A DNA stretch of 64,000 nt from NCBI GenBank assembly GCA_965205485.1, contig OZ242180.1, forward strand, positions 3,712,001-3,776,000, given 5' to 3'. The translations under genes and the position numbers were made by a program. Below, in pieces: positions 1 through 10,130 of this stretch; the stretch's first letter is position 1; every line of letters starts with the position of its first letter. Under the pieces are notes generated by a model that saw only the letters and a list, made by a program, of their open reading frames with translations, did no database searches and was not told the origin of the DNA. This DNA comes from Candidatus Latescibacterota bacterium. GTDB lineage: Bacteria > Latescibacterota > UBA2968 > GCA-2709665.

Positions 1-430
1 CCCTGCCGAGTCTGTCCGTGCCGTCCCACTGCACTCTGTGGAACCCGGCCGGGCGCTCCTCGTCGATCAGCGTGACCACACGCTGCCCCAGGATATTATA
101 GACGTCCATGCGCACGTGCCCTCGCTCCGATATTTGAAAGGGAATGAGGGTGGAGGGATTGAACGGATTGGGGTGGTTTTGCAGCAGGGTGTTGGGCACT
201 CCCGGGACAAGGTCTCGCAGCGGCAGCGTGAAGGCCCCGTTTTCGTCGGTTAACGTCGTCAACCGCTGGCGCGGGTCGTCGAGCCTGTAAAGCACGACCT
301 GCGCCAGATGAATGGGAACGGACTTCGGATTGATTACCTGTCCCTCGAACGGATCCTCGTTCGCCGCGACGGTGGATGCCAGACACGTCACCGCGAAGAT
401 GGCAAAAGACAGCGCGTGTTTCATTGTCAT
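1..430 (-). CDS. Secreted protein with FlgD-Ig/T9SS-type-A-like domain near the N-terminus (partial, runs off window)
   Basis: Manual translation from ATG 430 (GGAGGT immediately upstream; alternative ATG 424): MTMKHALSFAIFAVTCLASTVAA signal peptide, then LLQNHPNPFNPSTLIPFQI...VYNILGQRVVTL...VQWDGTD. Confidence 0.85.
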   Translation of the reverse strand, partial: MTMKHALSFAIFAVTCLASTVAANEDPFEGQVINPKSVPIHLAQVVLYRLDDPRQRLTTLTDENGAFTLPLRDLVPGVPNTLLQNHPNPFNPSTLIPFQISERGHVRMDVYNILGQRVVTLIDEERPAGFHRVQWDGTDRLGR

Positions 431-497
431 ACCTCCAGTCCGGAATCGGGTGAAAAAACTGCGTGTATTCTGTACGCAGGAATCCATTTCATGCGTG

Positions 498-1805
498 TTA
501 CTTTAGATACAGCATACGCCGGGCGTCCACGCCTCCCGGATGGAGCAGGCGCATCAGATAGACGCCCGCGGCCACATCGTCGCCGTGCCGGTCCCGCGCG
601 TTCCATTGGACGACGTACCGGCCTGCGGCCTGGGTGTCGGCTACCAGCGTGCGCAGGTGTTGTCCAAGAGAATTGAAGATCTCCAGCCGCACCGGACCGG
701 GGTCCGCCAACCGGTAGACAATCAGCGTGCTGCTATTGAACGGGTTTGGAAAGTTGGGTGCCAGACCGGCTTCAGGTTGCTCGCTCCCAAGCGCGACGAT
801 CTTCGCCGCGTTCAGAACGTGGCTTTCCACCACCCGCGCGCTTCCGCCAAGCTTCAGTTCCAGGACCTGGCGGCGATCCTCATTGAGGGGTATGCTGTAC
901 CACTGTCCCAGAATCCTGCCCGTACCGTCGAGGACGCGCGCGCTGTAGTAGCCGGTGACGCCGGACCGGTCAAGTGTGGAGATGTCCAGGTCCACCCGGC
1001 CGTTTTCGTCGGTGATTCCCCGCCAGGCATAGTGCGCCGCAATACCTGAAATCGACCGCGCGAACTCCACCGCCAGGCCCCCCACCCGGTTGCCGACCAC
1101 CGTGGCCTGCACGACGGTTGTCGACGTCGACGGCGTCCCTCCTGAACGCCGCAGTTTCCACACGATGCCATCTACCGCATCCGGCGCGCCCCCCGCAAAG
1201 GCGCTGTTGCGGGGCAGCACGAAAACCAGGTGGTTTCCGGATCGGTATGCATAAAGGTCGTTGAAAAAGCCCAGGAAGAGGCCGTTCACCAGGGAAATAA
1301 CGATATTGTATTCGTTGAGCGACCGTGCGTCGCTGGACTCCCTGACAATGTCCTCCAGATCCTCGCCGTCTGCGATCAGTCTCAAATAATGGGCATTGAA
1401 CCGCAGCGTATCCGACTGAATGGTGTAATAGCCAAACGCGGCGGTAGCCCGCGTTGACGGGGGCTGATATTCAACGGGCTCGCCGGTAAGGAAGTGGGGA
1501 AAGGCATACCCTTCCGCCGCCCTTGTGATGATCGACAGCTTGTAGAAGTTGCCGCGGTAGAGCTCCAGGGTGACCCAGGGCGTGGCGGGTATTGGTTCAC
1601 CACCTTGCTGTCGCGCGGAAAGGATGGCCGCGACGTTGAACTTGAGACTGTTGTCCACCAGGTCCCACGTATCCAGCGGCGAAGGCGCATCGGAGTTCGC
1701 CCACACTGAAACAGGAAATATCAAGGTAAGGATGAATAGGGCCCGTCTCATTCTACTGCCTCGGATTCGTGGATTGCCCCCGTGAGATTCCAATGCCATT
1801 GTCAC
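498..1805 (-). CDS. Secreted protein with C-terminal FlgD-Ig/T9SS type A sorting-like domain
   Basis: Signal peptide; C-terminal APNFPNPFNSST...LEIFNSLGQ...WNARD...AAGVYLMRL motif; true start may be the internal MRRALF Met. Confidence 0.85.
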   Translation of the reverse strand: MTMALESHGGNPRIRGSRMRRALFILTLIFPVSVWANSDAPSPLDTWDLVDNSLKFNVAAILSARQQGGEPIPATPWVTLELYRGNFYKLSIITRAAEGYAFPHFLTGEPVEYQPPSTRATAAFGYYTIQSDTLRFNAHYLRLIADGEDLEDIVRESSDARSLNEYNIVISLVNGLFLGFFNDLYAYRSGNHLVFVLPRNSAFAGGAPDAVDGIVWKLRRSGGTPSTSTTVVQATVVGNRVGGLAVEFARSISGIAAHYAWRGITDENGRVDLDISTLDRSGVTGYYSARVLDGTGRILGQWYSIPLNEDRRQVLELKLGGSARVVESHVLNAAKIVALGSEQPEAGLAPNFPNPFNSSTLIVYRLADPGPVRLEIFNSLGQHLRTLVADTQAAGRYVVQWNARDRHGDDVAAGVYLMRLLHPGGVDARRMLYLK

Positions 1806-1818
1806 CCGTCAAAGCCAC

Positions 1819-4800
1819 TCAGTCGTTGTCGTGAATGACCACGTACACATTGACGGCCGCCCCGTCGTACCCGCCGCCGCTGGCCGTGTTGGATACGCTC
1901 ACCCAATAGTTCAGTGCGTCGTCGTCCTGGCCTGCCGTAAGCGTCACCGTCTGCGCCGTGTTCCAGTTCTGAACGGTGAAGCTGAGACTTGTGGCACTAG
2001 CAGTGAGCTTGCTCGAAGAGCTCGTGATCGTCACGGTCACGTCCGCGGTGGGCTGGCTTCCCAGGACCACAGTGTAGTCGGCGCTGGCCCCTTCGGTGAT
2101 CTCGACCTCCGTCAGGCTCAGCGTCAGGACCGGTGGGTCGTCCCCTGCCACGGCGTCGGCAACCGTGGAGTTGTTGGTCACTTCCTTGGAGGAGAAGGGG
2201 TGCAGGGCGTTGCCGGCTGCGTCGATGAAGAGCCCGACGGCGTCGCGGGCGAAGATGTTGTTGTAGGCCACCCCCACTTCCTGGCTCTCGGTTACAGCCG
2301 ATCCCAGAGTCATTGTGAGGGTGGTATCGGCAAGGCTGGCCGCGGTCGGGACCACCTCATCATCGTCCACCGTGACCCCGACGACCGCGATGAAGAACCG
2401 GTCCAGGGCGACGTTCACCATGGTGCTTATCGACCGCAGCAGCGCCGGAATGGTGGTCTCCTCACTGAAGGCAACGATCACCTTCGTGCCGTCCGTGGAG
2501 GTCTTTGCACTCGAGTAGGCCGGTCGCACGCCGTCTACCTTGTGGGCGGCATCGGCGGCCACGGCATCGTGGTCGAGGTTGGCATCGTTGTCCGCCCCGT
2601 CCCGGATGGTGCCGTCGTCCAGATCGATCTTGTTCGAGCCAATGGCGATACCGTCTGAATCGGCATCATCCCTCGCTACTGTATAGCTGAAGACCAGCGA
2701 GGAACCGTCGCTGCTTTCGTAGTCCGCGTTCCTGGCGACGCCGCCGACATCCAGCTCGACCAGCAGTTGCAGGGCACCGCCCACGTCCGCCGTCACGTCC
2801 TCGCTGAAGGTCACCGTAACCTGGATGCTGTCGCCGATGGCGTAGGTGGAGTCGTCCCCGGCGTTGGACGTGATGGCCACCGAAGATATCGTCGGCGCCG
2901 TATCGTCCCGGGCGTCCACTTTGTGTCCCGGGTCGGTCGCCACGGCGCTGTGAGTCAGCACTGCCGCGTTATTCGCCTCGTCTTTGATTGTGCCGCCATT
3001 GAGGGAGACCTTGTTTTCACCGATGGAAATGCCGTCGCTGTCGACGTCCCCTTCCTGCACGGTGTAGCCGAAGATCACCGTGGCATTGGCGACGCTCTGG
3101 ACCTTTGGATCGATCGTCCTTCCGCCGGACAGTTTTCCGTACTCGGCCATCCTCGCCGTGCCGCCGATGTCGACCTCCACCTGGGGCGTACCTGTGGCGA
3201 GCACGCTTTCGCTGAAAGTCACCCAGACCCCGATGTAGTCGCCGGAGGCGTAGGTGGAATCCGCACCCGGACCCGGACTGTCGGTGAAGGCTATCGAAGA
3301 GATGGTGGGCGCCCGAGTGTCGTTACCTATGAGGCGGCCGTCCACCTTGTGGGCCGGGTTTTCGCCCATGGCAGGAGTCTCGCCTCCAGGGTTGGGCAGG
3401 TAGGCGATGTCGGTGCCCGCAGCCTTGATGTTCAGGCCATGGGGGAGGAAGGCGTCGATCCCGTTGCTGTCCCGGTCCCCTTCCACGACCTCGTACTCGA
3501 ACCGCAGCGTGTCGGTGCCGCTGCCCGAAACGACCGGGGGATGCCGCTGGTTCCAGACCGAACCCATCCTGATGATGGCGAATACACTGTCCGCGGCGTC
3601 CACTGCCTGGCCGAAGTCGATGCTGACCTGGATTGTGTCGCCCTTGCCGTAGGTATCACTCCTGGCCGTGGGGGTGGAGGTGATGGAGATCGTTCTGGCG
3701 TATGGACGGCCGTCCAGCTTGTGGCCGGACTGGTCCGACAGGCCGGAGAAGTTCGGTGGGACGACGTCGGTGTCCGAGCCCTTGACCTTTACGGTGCCGT
3801 TGCCGCCGAAACCGCGGCGGACACCGTCCTGGACGTAGCTTCCCTCCACCCTGAATCCGTCGGTATCCAGGTCTCTCGACTGCACGGTGTAGCCGAAGAC
3901 CAGGGTTCGGGTGCCGGAGCCCTCCGTGTACCTGACCCCGCGCCAGGTGCTGTCACCGGTTCCTACTCGAGCGTTCAACAGAACCGTCCCGTCGACATCC
4001 ACGGCCGCGCTCAAGGTGAGGGCAACGTTGATGGTCTCCCCGTAGCGGTAGGTGCTGTCCCCACGGGCAGGTGTGGAAGTGATCTCCATTCCGGTGCCGA
4101 TGGGAGTGAGGTTGCCGTTTACCTTGTGGCGCGACTGGTGGCCGATGCCGGCATAAGCCCGGTAGGCCACGGTGTCGATTCCCACGGCCGTGACCGCGGT
4201 GTGGTTGATGAAGTTGTGCCACTGGCCTTCGCTGTCCTGGTAGCCTCCGCCCATTGAGACGCCGTCCTCGTCTCTGTCCTCGGATCTCACCGTGTAGCCG
4301 AACGCCAGTCTCCTGGTGCCTGAACCCCAGAGATAACGGGCGGACCTCCAGTTGCTGCCGACCTGGAGGCCAAGTGCCGGATTGCCGTCCACCTCCACCG
4401 CGCGGCTGAAGGTCGCCCCGAACCTGATGGTTTCGCCCACTCCGTAGGTTTCGTCCCTGGCCGGGGTCGAGGCGATGTGGACGTCAATGATGCCGGGGTC
4501 GTCGTCGATGATGGTGATTTCGCACCTGTTGTCCCGATCGGGGTTGTTCATGTCCACGACGTTGTTCGTGGGGGTGAAGAAAACCATGAAGGTCTCGTTC
4601 CCCTCGATCAGGGAGTCTTCACGGGTGCGGAAAGTGCGGTCCAGCCGGCTGTCCTCCGAATCTTCCCTGCTTCCCCAGATGATTCCTGTATTCTGGGTCA
4701 CGTAATCGGTGGAGTCGGCCGTACGCGCCTCGGTGTGCCAGGCCGCGCCTATTCTGTCGGCGGTGGAGGTGTATACGAGGGTGACGACGAAAGAATCGCC

Positions 4801-4947
4801 TTCCTGAACCTCTGTGGTGGGGCATTCGAGGTAGAAACCGCCGCCCTGGGCGGGGTCGTGAGTCGCGATCGACCCAAGCAGACCGATCAGGACAGCGACC
4901 GAGCCTGGACGAAGGATACGCCGGAAAATTCCCGCTCGATCTTTCAT
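1819..4947 (-). CDS. Large secreted surface protein: Calx-beta-like ends and five Ig-like repeats
   Basis: Signal peptide; Calx-beta-like EGNETF...ITIIDDD; about 130-aa repeats with TY..G..I...GSGT..L.F.YTV...D.D.DG. Confidence 0.8.
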   Translation of the reverse strand: MKDRAGIFRRILRPGSVAVLIGLLGSIATHDPAQGGGFYLECPTTEVQEGDSFVVTLVYTSTADRIGAAWHTEARTADSTDYVTQNTGIIWGSREDSEDSRLDRTFRTREDSLIEGNETFMVFFTPTNNVVDMNNPDRDNRCEITIIDDDPGIIDVHIASTPARDETYGVGETIRFGATFSRAVEVDGNPALGLQVGSNWRSARYLWGSGTRRLAFGYTVRSEDRDEDGVSMGGGYQDSEGQWHNFINHTAVTAVGIDTVAYRAYAGIGHQSRHKVNGNLTPIGTGMEITSTPARGDSTYRYGETINVALTLSAAVDVDGTVLLNARVGTGDSTWRGVRYTEGSGTRTLVFGYTVQSRDLDTDGFRVEGSYVQDGVRRGFGGNGTVKVKGSDTDVVPPNFSGLSDQSGHKLDGRPYARTISITSTPTARSDTYGKGDTIQVSIDFGQAVDAADSVFAIIRMGSVWNQRHPPVVSGSGTDTLRFEYEVVEGDRDSNGIDAFLPHGLNIKAAGTDIAYLPNPGGETPAMGENPAHKVDGRLIGNDTRAPTISSIAFTDSPGPGADSTYASGDYIGVWVTFSESVLATGTPQVEVDIGGTARMAEYGKLSGGRTIDPKVQSVANATVIFGYTVQEGDVDSDGISIGENKVSLNGGTIKDEANNAAVLTHSAVATDPGHKVDARDDTAPTISSVAITSNAGDDSTYAIGDSIQVTVTFSEDVTADVGGALQLLVELDVGGVARNADYESSDGSSLVFSYTVARDDADSDGIAIGSNKIDLDDGTIRDGADNDANLDHDAVAADAAHKVDGVRPAYSSAKTSTDGTKVIVAFSEETTIPALLRSISTMVNVALDRFFIAVVGVTVDDDEVVPTAASLADTTLTMTLGSAVTESQEVGVAYNNIFARDAVGLFIDAAGNALHPFSSKEVTNNSTVADAVAGDDPPVLTLSLTEVEITEGASADYTVVLGSQPTADVTVTITSSSSKLTASATSLSFTVQNWNTAQTVTLTAGQDDDALNYWVSVSNTASGGGYDGAAVNVYVVIHDND

Positions 4948-5414
4948 TTACGTCTCTCCTCGCGACGAATACACCCTTACGATTCCCGAATCGTCCTTAC
5001 GACACAATATGCGGCGTGGCATGTTCAGGTCACGGGGGAAGTGTCTGATTGCGGACCGCGAACAACAGCTCGTTTTCAATACGCTTCTTCAGTACGTTAA
5101 TTTAATGTAAAAACCGTATTTTTCAAGTATACCAGCGAATATTATCATGGAAATATCACTATTAGTCATTGATATTTCACGAATATTACACGATATAGCT
5201 TGGGTACAGATAACCTACGAGAGCTTGGAATCGAGGCCGGACGCAAAGGAGTGAATTGGCTTTTTGTGGCTGACCATTCCATTTCGGCCCGGCCGTCATC
5301 GACTGAATGTAGAAGAACGTCAATGCCGATGAAGCATCCGCCGCCGCATCCGCGGAATGAAACAGGGGTGGAACGGTACGAATCGCAGCCGGTGTGCGAG
5401 TAGACCAATAAGAC

Positions 5415-5444
5415 AAAAAAAGGCCCCCGAAATTCAGGGGCCTT
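5415..5444 (-). terminator. Rho-independent terminator of the Sel1 gene
   Basis: Hairpin AAGGCCCC/GGGGCCTT with an A7 run (U-tract on the minus strand). Confidence 0.7.
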
Positions 5445-5478
5445 GTTGTTTCCTGCACGGGAACCTGGGCTACGCAAC

Positions 5479-6276
5479 CTATTTCCTATCGGATTTCGCT
5501 TTTGCGCTCCATTCCTTCGCGAGCCGCCGGGCTTCGGCGATCTGGGCGGGCGTCATCGAGTTTTCCAGGTTGTCGCGCACGACGCTCCCCATACTGTCTC
5601 CTGCCGCCGCGGCCAGGCTGCAGTGGGCGTGAGCTGCGATGTCGTCCCGCTCCACGCCCAGGCCCATGGCGTACATCATCCCAAGCTGTGACCGCGCTCG
5701 CGCGAAGCCCTGGTCAACCGCGCGGCGGAACCACTTGAGTGCCTCTTTATAATCACGGGGTACCCCGCGGCCGTTGGCGTATGTAATCCCTAGGAGGTAC
5801 TGCGCGCCGGCGTGGTCCTGGCGCGCCGCGGAGCGATAGAATTCGATCGCTTTTGCGAGGTCTCTCTGCACACCCCGGCCGCGGGAGTAGGCGGTTCCCA
5901 TCTTGAACCGGGCGTCGGCGTGTCCCTGATCGGCGGCGGCGCGGTACCATTTGACCGCCTCTGCGTTGTCCCGTTTCAGGCCCAGACCCTGGGCGTACAT
6001 CCATCCGAGGCTGGCCTGCGCGTCGGCATGATCCTGATCGGCGGCGAGACGCAACAACCTGACCGCTTCCGCGAAGTCCTGCTTCACGCCTTGCGCGCTC
6101 GCGTACATGGCCCCGAGAAGGAATTGCGCCTCGGCCTCGCCTTTCAGGACGCGCCGCCGCAGGTCCTCCACGCTCCCTTCGCTTTGTTCCGCCGCCGGTC
6201 CCGCCGAAGCAACAGCGAGAATCGCGAGAGCGGTTACAGTCAGCCGAATCAACCGAAACACGTTCTTCATTTTCAC
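5479..6276 (-). CDS. Sel1-like repeat (SLR/TPR) secreted protein
   Basis: Repeated AQ..LG.MY..G.GV..D..EA..W...AA.QG motifs after a signal peptide. Confidence 0.93.
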   Translation of the reverse strand: MKMKNVFRLIRLTVTALAILAVASAGPAAEQSEGSVEDLRRRVLKGEAEAQFLLGAMYASAQGVKQDFAEAVRLLRLAADQDHADAQASLGWMYAQGLGLKRDNAEAVKWYRAAADQGHADARFKMGTAYSRGRGVQRDLAKAIEFYRSAARQDHAGAQYLLGITYANGRGVPRDYKEALKWFRRAVDQGFARARSQLGMMYAMGLGVERDDIAAHAHCSLAAAAGDSMGSVVRDNLENSMTPAQIAEARRLAKEWSAKAKSDRK

Positions 6277-6333
6277 CTTAGTTTGACGCTCGCCCCATTG
6301 GCTGATCGAGGCATTGAGGAAGCAGATTTGAAG

Positions 6334-6400
6334 GTGGGGCAGACATTCCTGTCTGCCCTCAGGCTGGTTTTCGTAGGGGCGACCGGCCGGTCGCCCCTAC
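6334..6400. repeat. Pair of REP-like palindromes
   Basis: GTGGGGCAGACATTCCTGTCTGCCC and the perfect 28-bp palindrome GTAGGGGCGACCGGCCGGTCGCCCCTAC. Confidence 0.7.
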
Positions 6401-6491
6401 AGATTTCGCGCGGCCGTTCTTTCTGACAATCTCTCGCACGACACGTTTCGGGAAAAGGGGCCGGTCCCGTCAACGCCACCGGTGACGCTGT

Positions 6492-8141
6492 CTACGTCTC
6501 CGACTCTTCCCCTCCCAGCTCCTTGAGGCATGTGTCGACGACGACTTCGCTGGTGGTCGCTTCGGCCGTGATGACGCGGGTGGCGCCCGCGACGCGCAGT
6601 GAGCTCTCGTCCATGTCGTACAGCGTGCGCGCGATGATGGGGGTTTCCGGTGCCGCGCGCCGAATCGCGCGTACAGCGACCTCGGTCGCCCGGGTGTCAT
6701 TGATCGTGACTACAACCAGGCGCGCGTCCCCGCATCCGAGTTCTTCGAGGACCTCCGTCTGGGTGACGTCGCCGTACACCGCCAGGTCTCCTGCCGCGTG
6801 CGCCCTGCGTACGTTGTCCACGTTGACGTCAACCGCGACGCAGGCGAACCCCGCGTCCCGGGCCGCGTGGCAGACCTCCTCGCCCGCCCGGCCGTATCCG
6901 GCGACGATAACGTGGTCGCTGTGCGGTTCGTGCGTGTCGATCCCGGGGGGCTCGGCATCCAGAATCCGGTTGAGCCACGGAATGCGTGTGACGCCGAGCG
7001 CCAGGTGAGGGGCGAAGGCAATAGCGATAGGTGTGAGCAGCATGGACAGGATGATCGCCAGCAGGAGGTTGTGGGACAGTGAGGCATCGAGAAGGCCCGT
7101 CCCCGAGGCCGCGTTCAGCAGAACGAACGAGAATTCGCCGATCTGACACAGAGTCGCCGCGGATTGGATCGCGACGCGGAGCGGAAGCCGGAGGATCAGG
7201 CCCATCACGAATACGATGACGAATTTGCCAACCAGAATCAGTCCGCACAGACCGAGCGTCGGTAGCAGATGGGCAAGTACATCCGAAACATCCAGCAGCA
7301 TGCCCACGGACACGAAGAAGAGGCTGGCGAAGGCTTCGCGTACCGGTATCAGGTCCGACATCGCCTGGTGACGAAATTCGCTGCCGGCCACGACGAGGCC
7401 CGCAAGGAACGCCCCGAGCGCCAGTGAGACTCCCGCCATCGACAGGACCCACGCAATGCCGAAACACACGAGAAACACCGTAAGTACGAACAGCTCTCTC
7501 TCCCGCGATCTGGCTACGAATGCGAGTATGTAGGGCACGGTTCGATTGGCGGCAACAAGCACGCCCGCCAGAATGGCGAGGCCTGTGCCCGCTGCGACCG
7601 CGATTTCCCAAGTGGTACCGTCCTGACCTGCCAGAAATGGAACCGCCAGGATCATCGGAACCACACACAGGTCCTGAAAGATGAGTATCCCCACGGCCAG
7701 GCGGCCGTGGGGCGCATCCAGTTCACCACGTGCTGAAAGTCCGCGCAGCACAATGGCCGTGCTGGATACCGCGACGATGAAACCCAGAAACACCGCGGGG
7801 CCGGGTGTCATTCCGAACCAGACGGCCGCCAGCGCGGTGCACAGGATCGTAGCGCTCACCTGGATGCCGCCGCCCAGCAGGATGGCATGCCACAGCCGCC
7901 GCATATGGCTGAGCGAGAGCTCCAGGCCGATGCCGAAGAGCAGGAGCACGATCCCGACCTCGGCCATGATCTCGACCTGATGCGTGTCGTCCACGAGTCC
8001 GAGCGCCGTGGGTCCGGCCAGCATGCCGGCAAGAATCAGACCGGCGATCGGCGGAATGCCCGCGCGGCGCAGTACCGTTGCGACCAGGACCGCCGAACCC
8101 AGTATGATGATCAGATCCCCGAGAAAATCGAACTCATGCAC
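6492..8141 (-). CDS. CPA2 cation:proton antiporter (Kef-type) with C-terminal TrkA-N domain
   Basis: AEVGIVLLLFGIGLELS, SSTAIV, LGAFLAG, QIGEFSFVL; KTN motif HVIVAGYGRAG. Confidence 0.92.
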   Translation of the reverse strand: MHEFDFLGDLIIILGSAVLVATVLRRAGIPPIAGLILAGMLAGPTALGLVDDTHQVEIMAEVGIVLLLFGIGLELSLSHMRRLWHAILLGGGIQVSATILCTALAAVWFGMTPGPAVFLGFIVAVSSTAIVLRGLSARGELDAPHGRLAVGILIFQDLCVVPMILAVPFLAGQDGTTWEIAVAAGTGLAILAGVLVAANRTVPYILAFVARSRERELFVLTVFLVCFGIAWVLSMAGVSLALGAFLAGLVVAGSEFRHQAMSDLIPVREAFASLFFVSVGMLLDVSDVLAHLLPTLGLCGLILVGKFVIVFVMGLILRLPLRVAIQSAATLCQIGEFSFVLLNAASGTGLLDASLSHNLLLAIILSMLLTPIAIAFAPHLALGVTRIPWLNRILDAEPPGIDTHEPHSDHVIVAGYGRAGEEVCHAARDAGFACVAVDVNVDNVRRAHAAGDLAVYGDVTQTEVLEELGCGDARLVVVTINDTRATEVAVRAIRRAAPETPIIARTLYDMDESSLRVAGATRVITAEATTSEVVVDTCLKELGGEESET

Positions 8142-8196
8142 GCTGTAAGGTCTCCACGGTTTGTCAATGCATTTTCCGCCCTTGAAGGCGATGAGC

Positions 8197-9251
8197 TTAC
8201 CAGTCTCTGCGGCCGACGTACAAGCTCCGGTTGGTCATCGGTAGCGCGACGCGTTGCCCGCCCAATCGGTGCGATTCGATCATGCCCATCAACATCTCCT
8301 GGCTCCGGCGAGCGAGGTGCACCGGCCCCTTTGTCTCTCGGTCCGTATCGATCGCCTCTGCGATGTCTGTGATGCCCATCACGGTTCCGGTGGTGCGGGG
8401 TACGTCCGGGAACGGCGCCTCTTCGAAGAAGATGTGACTCTTTTTGCGGAGTTGGCATTCCCGGCTGTTGTTGAGGATGCGGATCTTCCCCTCGCTGCCG
8501 CAGACCTCGAATTCGGGACCGGTGCCCGCCGTGTTGTAGCCGTGGACGCCATTTGCAAAGCGGACGTAGCCGCCGGTAATCGCCGGGTCGACATCCAGCC
8601 GGTTGCCGTCCCAATCGGAGTCGCTGCAGACAGCGGTACCCTGTACGAAGTCGACTTCCGGGTCGCCGGCGAGGAAGAGCAGCATATCGGCGGCGTGCGT
8701 CAAGCCCCAGAGTGCTGAACTCGCGCCGTATTGTGCGATCGTGCACTGGATATTTCCGATCTCGCCGGCATCCACCAACTCGCGTACCTTGCGATAGACC
8801 GGTATATAGCGGCGCTGCGTGCCGTAGTTGAATTTGACCCCGTACCTCTGGACAACGTCGACCATCGCATCCGCTTCTTCCATCGAACAGCAGAGCGGCT
8901 TTTCGCAGTAGATGCCCCTGACGTTGTTCTCAGCGGCGAAGACCGTGATTTCCGCGTGCGGTCCGGGCCGGGTGGCGATGCAGACGATGTCCGGCTTCTC
9001 TTTTTCGATCATCTGTCGATAGTCGGTGTAGGCGCGCCCGGCGCCGTAGCGTTGCCGTATGGATTCCGCTTTCCCGGCGACAACGTCTGAAACGGCGACG
9101 AGATTGGTTCTGTTACAGGCGACAGCGGCTGCGGCGTGCGAGAATGGTTGCCACAGAAAGCGATCCGGACGGCCTTCGACTTCGTCGTCAATTGTCGCGC
9201 CCATCCGTCCGCATCCGATCAGGCAGGCTCTGTAGGTGCGTCACGCGGCAT
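8197..9251 (-). CDS. Gfo/Idh/MocA oxidoreductase (apparent 1-nt frameshift near the start)
   Basis: YRACLIGCGRMG Rossmann motif and YCEKPL; the RBS-preceded ATG at 9251 is out of frame with the body. Confidence 0.85.
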
Positions 9252-9463
9252 AATGCCCGATGCTCTCCTTCACGCGTTGCTGTTCCGCACCTATATATGA
9301 TGAATCAATCTGCACATCCGGGAAATGCGATATCAGGGCCGGACAGGTTTATGCAGACCACCACCAGAACCGGCGGATTTGCGGGCTGGCCCACCGAGAC
9401 CCGTTGAATGGAGGTTAAATCGATGAAACTGCAATATCCGCGGAAACTTACTATATATGATGT

Positions 9464-9682
9464 AGAACTGGTTGCGCGGGGATCAGCGCGGTCAAGCAGG
9501 TTGAGGCGGCCGGTCTGCTCGGGCTTTCTCAACCCGATGTGTCGCGGCTGCTGCGGGGCGACTTCACGGAATACTCAATGGAGCGGTTGCTGCGCCTTCT
9601 GACGATGCTGGGACGTGACGTGGATATCGTCATCCGTGAAAACCGTTCGGCGCGACAAGGCCGACTCCGGGTCGGAGTGTAA
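9464..9682 (+). pseudogene. Truncated XRE/HigA-like HTH antitoxin or regulator
   Basis: 9491-9682 translates VKQVEAAGLLGLSQPDVSRLLRGDFTEYSMERLLRLLTMLGRDVDIVI; no in-frame start. Confidence 0.75.
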
Positions 9683-9792
9683 GCCGCAGAGGAGTGATTC
9701 ACGGTCGCAGATGATCCGCCGAATTCCTTATAAATGATGTAGATTGCGTGTCGGATCTGTCAAACGACATTTACGACAAAACGGGGACGCCG

Positions 9793-10056
9793 ATGAAACT
9801 ATCCAGCCGGATCAAGTCAATCAGCTATCTGAGGGCCAACGCCTCGGAGATCGTGCGCACGCTCCGCGAGCAGGGAGAGCCCATGGTCATCACCCGGAAC
9901 GGCGAACATGGCGGTGCTGCAGGACATCCACAGCTTCGAAAAAACGCAGGAGACGATTGCGTTGCTCAAGACACTTGCACTGGGCAACCGACATATGAGG
10001 CCGGCCACGTCGAACCAGCGGACGACCTTCGCGCGGCTACGGGAACGTACACGTGA
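9793..10056 (+). pseudogene. Phd/YefM antitoxin, frameshifted
   Basis: MKLSSRIKSISYLRANASEIVRTL..PMVITRNGE continues in another frame as AVLQDIHSFEKTQETIALLKTLALGN. Confidence 0.8.
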
Positions 10057-10130
10057 TCGCTAATGGCCATTAATGTACAGAGGACGGCCTTCTATTACAT
10101 GAGAGGTCGGGAAGCTGCTGCTGATCGTCT

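Noticed and set aside
5100..5410. Possible ncRNA in a long intergenic region
   Set aside because: No recognisable motif or convincing structure.
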